Shown here piece by piece: positions 25,901 to 37,000 of a stretch of DNA of 64,000 nt. The position numbers were made by a program, and so were the translations under genes. The notes under the pieces were generated by a model that had not been told where the DNA came from, searched no databases, and saw nothing but the letters and a program-made list of their open reading frames with translations. Origin of the DNA: Raillietiella orientalis. Taxonomy: Eukaryota. Positions within the stretch are counted from its first letter, which is position 1. Each line of letters starts with the position of its first letter. The stretch lies in the NCBI GenBank assembly GCA_036172245.1, contig JAYWIR010000036.1, forward strand, positions 496,001 through 560,000, given 5' to 3'.

Positions 25901-27899
25901 TCGCCATGGCTTCTCTCTGTGCTCTCCCGGCTCAATCCTGTCGTTTCCGTCCGTGAAGGCTTTGGGCAACCTCCCCAAAGAGATTGCTGCCCGTCTCCTT
26001 CCGGGTTCTCTTTGCTGCTTCTCGGGAGTTCCGACAACCCCTGGTGCAGATGACTACGCCCTGGGAAGTGTCCCGAAAAGTCAAAGTGAGCGCGAAAAGA
26101 GGAGGAGGCAGAAGAACTGAACTTTCCCGACTGAGGAAGAGAGAGGATCCCACCTCCCACCGCGTGTCTCCGGTTCTTGTCTCGCCTCCCAGCAGGACAG
26201 CGAAGCAGAGCCGCAGCCTTGGACGAGTCCAACGCGAGGAAGAGGGTTGCACCCCATGGGCTTTTCAAAACCGCCTTCTATCCCGGTCCTGGATAGAAGT
26301 GAGTTTTGAAAAGCCAGGAGTCGGGCAGTCCGAGTCCCCGCCGACACGCTTCCTGCCCTAGGTCTCCTTCTTGGGTCTATCCGGTTCGCAAAGCAGCCTC
26401 GGAGGACCGCGCATCCAGGCGGCGACCAGCGGTAGTGGCAGAACGCGGCGGCGGTGCAGAGCACCCGTGAGCGGTCGCCCCAAGTCTTGTAGCGTGGGGT
26501 GGGGGTGGGTGGTGGGGGAGCGCGTCGCCTCCCTCGGCGGAGTCTCCGCAGTGCTGCTCCTCGTGGTAATGCGAGGCCGGACTCCTCGAAGCCGGCGAAT
26601 GGGGAGTCCCGAGGGAGCCTTCCCCTGTGAAAACGGACTAGAGGGGGGGGGGGAATGGAAGCTGGGCCCGGAGGCAGTCCGCTCCTCTGGGGAACAAGGA
26701 GGGGGAGGAGGAACAGTCCTCCTCCTCCCCGGCGCCTTTTGGGCTCGAGGAACAGCAAGAAGAGGGGGAGGGGTCGATCGCTCGGCGACTGACTTTGACC
26801 TTGTCGGGGGCACATGCCGCTGGTCCACCTTTCCGCCAGGCTCCTCCGGCAGCCCCCTTCGGGTCCTACCGACTCTCCTCCTGCACCCGGACCAGCGCGC
26901 CTTCCGGTGGGTCGCCAGAGGAGCCGCTCGCGGCTTCCAGAGAGCCTCTCGCTGCCACGAGTCCGAGGGTCATCTCTTGGGTCGGGGGGACGGCTTCCTG
27001 GGAGGGAGCAGGAAGCGTGAGAAAGGGTAGGAAGCTGAGTCTGGACCGCTGGGGTCCGGCAGTTGCCCTTCTCGCTCCCCGCTCCCCCAGCCTTTCTCGG
27101 GGGTCCTCCCTGGACTAGGGAGCGCCTGCGAACGAAGATCCCTGGGACTCGCGCGCACGTCTCCGACGGCCTGTGAAGTCCTCGAGCGCCCGGAAGGACG
27201 GCAGGGGGCTGAGAAGGGTTCACGGCCGCGCGAGATACACCTGCCATCTCAATGCACGCTCGGCGTAGCGCCCCCTTCGGTGTCTCCCCCGGCCCTGGGT
27301 CTCTCTTCCTCCGCCTGTCGGACAGACGCCCCTGGGTTCGTACGCGCCCTCTGACTTCCGCCCATCCCCCGAGGTTCGTGTCCTTCGCGGCCAGGAGCAC
27401 CGGCGGGCTGCGCGGTGGCAGAGGAGTTCCCCCGCCGCAGCCCCTCCCGAATGAAATCGGGGCAGGGAGGAGGACCCGTCTCCAGGGTTATCGCGGAGCA
27501 CCTGGTGTCCCTTGGTTCCCGGTGACGGCGCTTTGAGCGCCTCTCCTGGGTCAGCGGCGCGACAGGGAGGGGACGACTCCCCTCTGCACGGAGGGGCCGT
27601 GGAGAGGGGCCCTAATCCCTGCCGAGAGCGATGTCGGACTCGGCCCGGGGGGTTCTCCGCACCCTCCCTTGCTCCGCCGCCGGTCCCCAGCCGGAGGCGA
27701 AGGACCAGCTGCGGTGGAGGAAGGGCCGAGAGGGCACTCTCGGCGGGAGAAGGGGGAGCCCGCGCACGCGCCCCCAGGGGCCCGGCCCCAGGGAGCAGGG
27801 AAGAGGAAAAGAATTTACCGGTGGCAGCCTCTGAGCGCGCGGGCAGTCGAACGCCACGGCCGCCGCCAGGAGGATTGCCAGCCAGCGGCGGTCTCCCAT
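16983..27899 (-). CDS. Secreted chitin-binding type-2 (CBM14/peritrophin-A) domain protein; exons 27899-27819, 21882-21241, 17471-17329, 17073-16983; ~318 aa
   Basis: Signal-peptide exon MGDRRWLAILLAAAVAFDCPRAQRLPP|GTAAAT joins in phase 0 to a large R/P/Y-rich exon. A six-Cys domain follows (PGIDYPVYHAIPETSFDC...GMYADPEADCQ|VYHVC...SFLCTNGTLFNQREFTCDWWYNVDC), then HYG|LNLDPEKNPYF...*. All junctions are GT-AG and in phase. Extra small exons in the long introns cannot be excluded. Confidence 0.9.
22340..23165 (-). mobile_element. Heavily decayed Ty3/Gypsy-like pol fragment (RT-RNase H tether, RNase H, start of integrase) in intron 1 of the CBM14 gene
   Basis: Ordered, frameshifted motif echoes: RFEEEQEAAE (cf. 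W..EQE.AF), ASRRLLRGRGCAPERSRALEVFLLIFHRKVRLHLL (cf. ASR.L...E..Y...E.E.LA......KFR.YLL), then LKDGV...RRQLVPAAQR (cf. start of the integrase Zn domain). Recognised by eye only; no LTRs seen. Confidence 0.4.
26259..26315. other. Near-perfect inverted repeat / hairpin (25-bp arms, 7-nt loop)
   Basis: GGCTTTTCAAAACCGCCTTCTATCC-CGGTCCT-GGATAGAAGTGAGTTTTGAAAAGCC; 22 of 25 positions are Watson-Crick complementary. Confidence 0.85.
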
Positions 27900-28031
27900 G
27901 GGTCGGTGCTTTCGGGCGTCAGCAGCAGTAACAGCAGCAACAGCAGAGGTCACTCTCTCCTCCTCCTCCTCTGTAGACGGGCGGGCGGGTCTTCCCCTGG
28001 CAACTGGGAGTCCGAGGAGCGCGGCCCGGCC

Positions 28032-28038
28032 CTTTATA
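28032..28038 (-). promoter_or_regulatory. TATA box (TATAAAG) with Inr-like CCAGTT at ~28005 for the CBM14 gene
   Basis: An isolated TATA in GC-rich DNA, ~33 nt upstream of an arthropod Inr-like CAGTT and ~135 nt upstream of ATG 27899. Confidence 0.7.
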
Positions 28039-30398
28039 ACTCGCGGCGTTTGGCAACTCCCGTCCGCCGCACCGAACGAGGAAGGAGGGGGGGCAAAGTC
28101 GACGGGAGGAGGGGGGGGGGGCGAGAAGTGGCCGGGCGGGCATCCCTTCCTTCCCCCCCCCCTCTCCCTCCCCTCCCTCGCGTGCGTGAAAGCGGCGGCA
28201 GAGGAGGCTCTTCTGCGTGGTCCCCGCCTCCGCTCGCTCCCGGTCACGAGCGGACGTCGGAGGGCGCTTTCCCCGCCGTCTCCTGGAGGGCGAAGCGGTG
28301 GAGGTGACGAAACCGACCACCACTTCTGCACCCGAGAGGGGGAGGGGGCAGAGGTCAGCGTCGCCGCCGCCGCCCGTGCCACCGATGAACCTCGGGCGCG
28401 CGATGGGCAGTCGCGAACTCGCGCGGAAGCTCCGCGGTCGCCTGCGAGCCCGGACGGGCCCGGAACCGCCGCCCCTGACCGCCCTCTCTCCGCTAGCGCG
28501 CCGGGAGCGACCGCGAGCCCTGCGGTCCGGCGAGCCGGGCAGGAAAGTGCCTTGGAGCCCCTAGAGAGTGCGTCCTCCTGCAGAGGGGCGCGCCCCTCGA
28601 GGAGGAAGGGCGGTCCGCGGGCGGGGATCGCCCAGGCTCCCTCCCGCAGGAGGGCGCCTGGGCGTGCGCCCGCCGCCTCGCACGCGGTGCCGGCGTTCCC
28701 CCAGGACCAGCCGCAGCCTCCGCTCCCCGCCCGGAAAGTGAAAGGCCAACGTCTGTTCCGCGTCTTCCATTTCGTCTTCGCGGCTGCAGCTGGAGGGGGC
28801 CTCGGGGGGACCAGTCAATAAAGGCGATGGCGAGGAGTCCTCCCGGATCAGGGGCGAGGAGGAGGAAGAGCTCGGATTTCGGAGGATGACGGATCTAATT
28901 TGCTCCCCATCTCCGTGATGGAGCAAATAATCTTCGCGTTTATTCCCTTCCTTCCTCCCTGCTGCATCCTGACCCCCTTTTTTTCTTCCTCTTCCTTTTT
29001 CCTTCCTCCCTTTCTTTCCTTTCCTCTTTATTATTATATTTTCGCCCGTTGTCCTGAGGAGGCGCAGCCTCCAAAAAATTCGGGCGCGCACGCACGCCCG
29101 AAGCGTCCTACGCGTTCCGCATCCGCCATGCGTTTCCTTGCACTCGGGCACTCGAACCTCATTGGTCCCCCGCAACCAACGCACCCGAATTCCTCTTCCC
29201 TTTCCTCCTCCATGTTTTGCGCGCGCGCGCGCGTGTTTTTGCTCCTCTCGATGGGTGGAACCGCACGGCGCACGCGAAAGTGGCGCGGACCCGGGGAGAG
29301 TGGCGGACTTTTGCGAAACGGGGAGTTTACGGGGACACACAAACACAAACACTCGAAAGTCGCACGTTGCGAGGGGGCGACACGTTTTGCGGCGCTCGTG
29401 TGAAAGGAGAGACGGAGGCTCGCAAGAAAGTGGCGGGCGGGGGCGGGAGAGTCTCCGTAAGGAAAGTGGAATTGCATGGCAGCTGGCTGCACGGCCTCGT
29501 GGCAACGAGCGTGCGAGCGCGGAAAGGAAACGCACAGGGCTATGTCCGTCGCTTCTTCCTCTCTCTCTCTCTCTCCCCCCCCCCTCCTTCTGGCAAACGG
29601 AGAACTTTTAATTTGGCCCACTAAAAAGGCGAAAGCATTGCTCCCTGGGATCGGATGTGGATCGGGAGCGCGCCGGTCATCTTGACTGCGCGCACCGAAA
29701 GGCACCTCTAAATGAGCTTCGCCCAGTCCGGCGCGCGCTGGCGGGTGGAGGCCTGGGCATCTTCTACAGGAGGACGCTTCCCTCCCCTTTTCCTGTCAGG
29801 GGTCCCGGTTCCCGTTTCGGTCCTCCGTGCAGGATGAAGGAGAAGAAACGAAAGAAAAAGACGAACGCGCGGAAGAAGGTCCGTGCAGATGCGCCCTGTT
29901 GCCGCCACTAGGCCTCGTTCGCGTGCGGGAGGCGAGATTCTCTCGCGTCTGAGCGCTGCCGAGGGCACCGACCAGCAGCCGGATTTCCAGAAGACGTCTC
30001 GGGAAATTGATTTAGAACCTTATCGCTTTCGGGAAGATCTGGGTATCCCCGGATCTTTCTTTCCCTGGGTTCTTCACAGCGGCTTCCGCGGAGGCGGGAG
30101 GGGGGAAGGGGATGAGCCGCATCGCCGCGGAAACGGCAGATGGCGACAATGACATGACGGCGACAAGGCTGGACGTCGAGATCCGCCTTGCCCTTCCGCA
30201 AAGGCCCGGGGATGTCGACATGCCGCCGCGCGTGCAGCGCCACGCAAATCGAGATGCGCCGCACGATCGCGCTTGATGGAACTGCGCTCGATCTCGGAAG
30301 GGAGCGTGACGTCATCTTTTTGTTTCCTTCGCGGCGGAATGGCTTTCGGGGAAATCCCCAGCGTGCAGCTGGGGTACGTGCAGCTGGGAAGCTGCTCC

Positions 30399-30485
30399 TT
30401 TTTTTTTTCTCTCTTTCTTTTTTTTTCTTTTTTTCCTTTTTTTTCTTTTTTTTTTCTTTCCTTCCTTTTTTTTTCTTTTTTTTTT
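30399..30485. repeat. T-rich polypyrimidine low-complexity tract
   Basis: About 87 nt of T runs interrupted only by C. Confidence 0.9.
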
Positions 30486-31348
30486 AAGCTCCGTTCCCCC
30501 CCCTAGTGCGCGCTTTTTTCTGGATGCTAAAAATAGGACACGATGGGAAGGAGCGAGGACGTCCCCGAGAAAGCAGTTGAAGACCCACTCGGAGGGGCGA
30601 AGGAAGAAAAAGGAATGGCGGAAACGATACCTCCGGTGGGTGACCATCCGCAGGAATTCCAATGCTCTGCCGCCCCCTTCCCCCTGTCCCAGAAGACCTG
30701 GGACTCCACCTCCTCTTTGAGAGAGACAACGGGGCATCCCCCTTCCCTCCCCAACGGGGAGGGCTACCCGTGGTGTCCTGCTGCATGAGTGCTCAGTCCC
30801 TTTCCTGAGGGCTCCACCCTTACTCCACCAACAATTCCGAAGCTTCCGGGCGACGACTATGTCTCCCTGGAGACTGGTCATCGCCTCTCCATTCGGGGCC
30901 GGTCCGGGGTGGCGCGTGGCGACTCGCGAGCCCGGAAAGAGCAGGGGCCGCAGACGAGCAGGGGTCGAGCCCACAGTGTTCCTTTCCGCCATGCAGGGCC
31001 CGAGCAGTCCGTACGCCGCCTTCCCGAGGGCGGAGAGAGGAAGACCTCCCTCCCCCTTTGCCCGTTGCCCGGGAGACGGAGATTTCTCCGCTCTCCTACC
31101 GCCAGGAGGGAGTCGGCCGGCTGCTCCCCTTCCGCCCCTGGAGCGCATTGTAGGAAGGAGACTTCTGGCCGTCTGGCGCCGCTGCGATTGGTGTCCGCAG
31201 CTCCTCGGGGGATACCCCTCTGGGACTGCAAGGGCGCGGTCGTTCCCCCCTCCCCCACACATTGGGAGGCGTTCGGTCGCCTACAAGTTCTCCTGGGATC
31301 TCCTCTCCCCTTCTCCAACCCCCTTCTTCTTCTTCCCCGCCCTCCTCC

Positions 31349-31354
31349 TTTATT
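31349..31354 (-). promoter_or_regulatory. Polyadenylation signal AATAAA for the second CBM14 gene
   Basis: TTTATT on the plus strand ~35 nt past the stop at 31389. Confidence 0.6.
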
Positions 31355-31388
31355 GCCCAGGAGCAACTGCAGGGGAGGCGTCACCGCC

Positions 31389-33909
31389 CTACCCCCCGGG
31401 CGGGAAGGACGGCAGCGGCACCACGGCAAAGGAACCGCCGGTCTCCTTCAGGAAGTCCCGCAGGTGCCGGCAGAGGTCCTCAATCGAGCGGTTGAGGGTC
31501 AGATCGAAGGTCACGCCGCCGCCATGGTCGTCGCCGGCGTCGAAGACGAGCAGTGGCACGGTCCTTGTCCCAGGGTCGTCCTCGTCGTCCTCCTCGGCTC
31601 CCTGGACATGGTCAGCGCCGTCAGCCGCCTCCTCCAAAGACTTCTGGATGTCGTCGATGGCGTTCTCGATGAAGGTGACCACCTCCTCCGGGACGCCGTC
31701 TCCGTCCGGACTGGCGAGGGTCAGCGCCACTGATCTGTGCTTCAGGGGCACGAAGACGAGGTCTTTGTGGGGTCTCCCCGCGGAAGAGGCGGAGGTGGAG
31801 GTCTCCAGAGGGTCTTCAGAACCTCCTCCATCTACGACCGAAGTCGTCGGGTCGTCCTCCGCTTTGGTCACCCCGTCCTCGGAGGGGGGGGAGGAGGTCG
31901 CGACCTGCTCGGGGACGCGTCCGGCGGCTTCTCCGTCCCGGTTGGACGCCCTGCCCCCTGAGGTTTCGTTTGACCCGGGGGGAAAGAGCGCCCCACGACC
32001 TCCACGAATGCCAACCTTCTCTTCTTCCGAGCTGTTGCTGAGAGTTTCAAGGGTACGGACTGCCCACTCCTCCGGGTCAGCTCCTCCTCCTCCCCCGTCT
32101 ACGTCCCGCGGCGGCCGCCTCCCTTTCTCCCGCATTGCCCCTCCCTCGGTCTCCTCGAAGGAACTGGTCCAGGGTGGGAAGGCGGCGGCAGGGGCGGGCC
32201 CACCTTCCTGCGCAAAGAGACTCCTCCTAGGGTCGCTGCCGCAGGGCACGTCGGCATGGAGGCCGCAGGCGAAGTGGCGCTGGTCGTACCGCGTGCCCTC
32301 AGGGCATTCCAGCAGCATCTGCGTGTCCCCGCTGGCGCATAGGTGGTACGTCTGAAAGGGGAAGCGCCCGTGGAAAACTGAAGATCGGCTCGAGAAGTCA
32401 ACGTGGATCGACAGGGAAGGGGAGGACGCGCGAAGGCGCTCGCGTGGTGGTCACGGACGCGTGTCTGCAGGACGGCGGCGGTTTCCGAGGAGACCACCGG
32501 TTTCTCCCTCGAGAGGATCCTGAGCGACGAGGACCACCGGCCTTCGGCGCTTCGCCGTCCTCCCCAGCGGCCTCCCGGAACGAAGCGTCTCGGCGAAGAT
32601 TCCGTGGCGGCCTCGGACGCGGACGTCCGCCGCTCGGATTCGTAGGCTGCGGCGCCCTGACGACCCTCCCCTCCGCGCGTGCTGCAGGTCGGCGTCCTCC
32701 AAGGGGAGAGGGTGAGGGCGGGGAGGGTTCCGTGAGCTCCCCTCGAGGACGGGCGAACTGCACGACGACGGCGTCTCGAACCGGACGGAGATGAGGATTC
32801 TAACTGGCTGGACCTTCATGTCTCAGACGAAGCCCGTTCCATCCCACGCCTGGACCGAGGGAGTTTCAGACCCTCCCGCCTCCCCAGGGAACCGAGAAGA
32901 AAAGAGACCGGCGGGGTAGGCAACCGCGGTCTCCTCCGCCCACTGCTGGGCGACCTGCGCGCCTCCCGGCTAGTCTTCCCGTTTCTTTCTCTCTCTCCTG
33001 AGAGGGGAGAGGGGGGAGCTGCCGCCTCGGACGCTACGCGGCTCGGGGGCAAATGGCCCGAGGTGTGGCACCTGGCATCCTGAGGCAACGTCTGCGTGGA
33101 ACCCGTGAGGCTTGTCCTTGCAGAACGGCGCTCCACCTCCGCCACGCCCTGCTTCGGTCGTCGTCCCGTCCGGAAAGCTCTGGAAAGCAGGAGAGGCTCT
33201 CTTCGTTCCGAAGGAAGGTGCTCGGAGGGAAAGGAGGTGTCAGGGAGCTCAAGGTGAGGAATGGGGATTCACTTGCCCCTCCCCTTTCCCCCTCGGCTCT
33301 CCTCCCTGCCCGGGGACTGCTCCTTACTTGCGTCGGAAGAAGGATGCGAGCCATCCCGATCTGCACCATCACGGCGTACGGTAACCATGGAGCTGAAACA
33401 GACGGGAGGGCACACAGAGAACATGGGAGCAGCTCGTGCGCATGGAGAGGAGGGAGGGGGAGGAGAGGGGAAGGCACCCGACCCCTCGGGAAGGCCGTGC
33501 GGGAGGCCGCGGCCGCGGCGGCTCCCGGTCGCCTCGGCTGCTGCCTCTTCGGTCGCCTTCGGTGGCCTTGGGGGGCACCCTCCCGTTCCACATACCCCTC
33601 CCTCCGGGAAGGGCAGACGCAGGGACGCCCCTTGCAGGAAAAAAGGAGGGGGTGTTCCGAGACTCCCAGGAAGGGCGCGGCGGCAACCTGCAAAGTGCCA
33701 GGGGGAAAGAGGGCTCTGCGCTTGTGCTCCCCTTCGGCATCGCGCGCGGTCACCTATCCAGGCCCGGGCGAAGCGGTGATTACCGCTCCTCCTCCCGCTC
33801 CGGACCCGCGGGGATGCGCGCGCTCGAGAGTGCACCTACGTCCCCCGCCGTCAGAGCGCGCGCCGCCGTTCCAGCGCAGGCAGCAGGGCCTCCGGAACTC
33901 ACCCGTCAT
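31389..33909 (-). CDS. Secreted protein with an N-terminal, divergent CBM14 (chitin-binding type-2) domain and a long acidic low-complexity tail; exons 33909-33903, 33392-33328, 33179-33072, 32351-31389; ~380 aa
   Basis: GCCACCATGACGG|GTGAGT gives a Kozak context and a strong donor. The spliced N-terminus is MTAPWLPYAVMVQIGMARILLPTQ-SFPD. The six-Cys domain reads FCKDKPHGFHADVASGCQ|TYHLCASGDTQMLLECPEGTRYDQRHFACGLHADVPC. All junctions are in phase, with a TATA upstream and AATAAA downstream. Confidence 0.85.
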
Positions 33910-34066
33910 GGTGGCGGACGTGGCTCACGTCTAGGCGCTGAGCGCGCCCGATCCGCGGGGGCGTTCCCTGAGCTTCTCTCTGGCAAGAGGCGTGGGGGCC
34001 TGCATGTCCAAGGATGGCGGCGGTCACCCACAGCGCAGGCTGCTCCCGAAGCCTGGCGGTATTTTC

Positions 34067-34073
34067 TTTTATA
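34067..34073 (-). promoter_or_regulatory. TATA box (TATAAAA) of the second CBM14 gene
   Basis: Isolated TATAAAA ~160 nt upstream of ATG 33909 in a GC-rich context. Confidence 0.6.
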
Positions 34074-37000
34074 TTCCCAGGTCTAACCGTGGTCGCCTGT
34101 GACGCCGGTGAGAGGCCCGGAGAAAGCCGCTCCCGACCGGTCGGGTAGCCTTTCGCTAGATTTATTGTGGCAAGCACCCGGGGGGCAAGGGCACTCGGAA
34201 CCGGATGGAGAGCCGCCGACGAGCTCCAGGGCGAGGGAGGAAACCGGCTAAAAAAGGGGGGGGGGAGGGGCGGCTACGCACGCGCGCGGCGATTGGGGCT
34301 GGCCGGAAACCATCCCGCGTTCCCGGTAAGCAGCGGGGGAGACCGGCTCGCCTTCCTCCCCCTCCCCATTCAGCGAAAGTCCGCGGGCGCGTCCAAGCGA
34401 AGGGCGGCTCACCGTACCAGCGGTTGGGGCCGCCTGATCGTCCGGGCATCGCCCGCGCTGGAGACCGTGCGGCTGCGGCCTCCGCATGTTGCAGGCTAGA
34501 ATCCCGCCTGGGGAAGAACCGACGCCGAGAATGGGGAATGCATCGTGGGTTTCAGGTCCCTCCTCAAAAGGATGCTGTTTGTCCCGTAATCGGGTGAGGC
34601 ACCGCTGGAAACTGGATGCCCCCGCTGACTGGCCGGGATCGGAAATAGGTCCTCCAGGGTCCTTGCTGGAATCAAGGAGCGCCGATTCCTTTCAGAGTTC
34701 CCCTCCGGTAGTGAAAATGGAGCCGTCCCTCTCCCTCAGGGGGGAGACCCTCGATCGCGCTCCATGGAACTGGTTGATATCCCCCTCGAGGGTTGCCTCT
34801 CCAGAGTGCAAGAAGCGCGCTGCTCCCTCCAGGGAGCGCCCTTCAGAGAAATTGAGAAGCGTCCCTTCGGGGTTTCTCTTCAGAGGAGGAAACAGGGAGC
34901 GAATCCCTTGTGCCCTCTGGAGTAACCCCCCACAGGGATTCCTCTCGGAGACAACCATCCGGGCATTGGAGGTCTCCTCCCGGAGGCGAACACCATGACC
35001 TCGCAGGTTCCGATCCACCCACCAACTTTGCGTGGCGTCCAGCGGGAGGGATAGACTCCTCGGTTTCAGTTCTGCTTTGGGAGGTCTTCCGTCGCTCAAA
35101 GAGGCCGACCCACAGCGCTGCTTTCGACCTGCACCCTGAAAGGCGCACAGAAGCTACAAACAGAGGGAGGGACCGCCAGGAACGTCCCGCCTTTCATTGC
35201 ATCACCTGCCGTTCCTTCTCCCCCATCTTCACGTCTTCTTTCCTGTCATCCTTCCATTTCGTTGCGTCCTTTCTCGCCGTTCTCGCATCGTGTCTCCTTG
35301 CTCCCTTCTCATTTCCACGCCCCCTCACTTCTTGACGAGACGTCTTTCTGGATCGCTCGCGCCGGAGAGACGGCGAACGGGTCGCAAAGGAGGGATGCGT
35401 GGAACAGAAGCGAAGGAGGAAGGCGGACGCAGAGGCAGTAGTAAAGACAGAGGGATGCGCTCTCCATCGCACGCGCCTCTCCCTCTGCAGAAAACGGAAA
35501 CCTCGGCAGAGCAGCACCTTCCGAGTGGAACTCAACTTTAGCGGTCGGGTCTCGCATCATAAAAACGGCTCGTTCTTTGGGTAGAATGGGTCGCTCCGGG
35601 CGCGCTGTTCCCGAGCAGGGAGGTGGAGGGAGGATTGGATAAGAGAGACGTTGAGAGCATCCCGCAGACAGGTAGAAAGCTTCCCTGATCCGTTTGGACG
35701 GCTCCGTGGTGCTCACCGACGATTGCGAGGACTCTCCTTGCAGCGAGTGACCAGTCGGGCGCCCTACCCGGGATCTGACGAAAGCCTTCCAAGCGCGAGA
35801 GGAGCCAGGTGCAGACCCTCTCCCGCCTCTCAATCAGACTCCGGTCCAAGGGGAGAGCGGTCTCTAGAGTTCAGCTTGCAGGAGGCAGGAGGGCGAGGAG
35901 AGACGTGGAAGAGAGCTCCTTCCCGTGAGGTGCGAGCGGGAGACGGTCGAGACGTCCTTCGCCCGCGCTAGCACCCCTCTCCGGACTGAATGGACTGGTA
36001 GCATAGCCCGCACGATTTGTGCTGCCGCGGCGGGCGACTGCGCCTCGCTTGCGTGTCAGGGGGCGGGCACATCCCTTGAGGCGAAGGGGAAAGACATCCA
36101 CTTGGCGTTTACAGATGGCGTGCTAACGAACCAGCCATCAAGAGAGGACCGCAGGGGATTCGCACTCCCGCGCTCGTCGCCTCCCCCTAACGAGAAGCAT
36201 CGCCAGGGATGGGGGGATCATGAAGGGCGAACAGCAGACAGCGCAGGCCGCGAACTGCCGGGGAACTGGCCAGGAGGAGGGAGCGGGGATTGGTGGCTAC
36301 GAAGAACCCGAATGGGAATCACGCGCGGGGAGCGGACCCAGGTAGCCGGTCGCGGACTCACTCCCCTGTCGCTGCCGGCAAGGAAACCGAGAGGAGACTG
36401 CCCACCTCAAGCAACGCGACCTCCCGCCGCCGGCCAGCAGGAAGCCGTCGCGTTCTCCCCAGAGTGAAAGCGGAAAGAGGCGCCCGACGAGGAGGGGGAG
36501 GGCACCCGCGCGTGAGCGGACCAGACGCCGAAGGAGGCCACAAAAAACTCGCCCTCCTCGGTCTGCACGTCCATGAATTTCCCGGGAGTCTCGAGGAGCC
36601 CGAGACGCACCAGGGGGCGACGGCGGAGAGGGCGAAAAGTAGGAGCCAATGACGGAGTTTCGAACCCTCCGCGGGGTTTTGGACCAGATGTAGTCCAGCA
36701 ATTGAGTATCGTGTGGATCCTTGATAAAGCAGTGGAATTCCCACGGGACGTTGGACTTCGGGTGTGGCAGTTGAATGACGCTTGCAGGCCTTGGAGACCG
36801 GGCGCTCCAGCTGACTAGTCGGGATGGGCAGTTGACCCTCCTTCCAGGAGTCATGGGGCTTCGGAATTCTGCTGCAGTCTGTACCATGGAGTCGACCCCC
36901 AGAGGATGCTTCCGTCGTGTCATTGGATTGACTCCTGCCCGGGGGTCTCCTGTCCCATGCGGCGGTAGCCTTCCTTCCAGAGAAGAAATCAGGTTTCCTT

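Noticed and set aside
34692..35099. NLRGHGVRLREE, reminiscent of the CR1/L2 ORF2 C-terminal RGH motif
   Set aside because: A single short motif with no supporting downstream WN.LP or upstream RT motifs.
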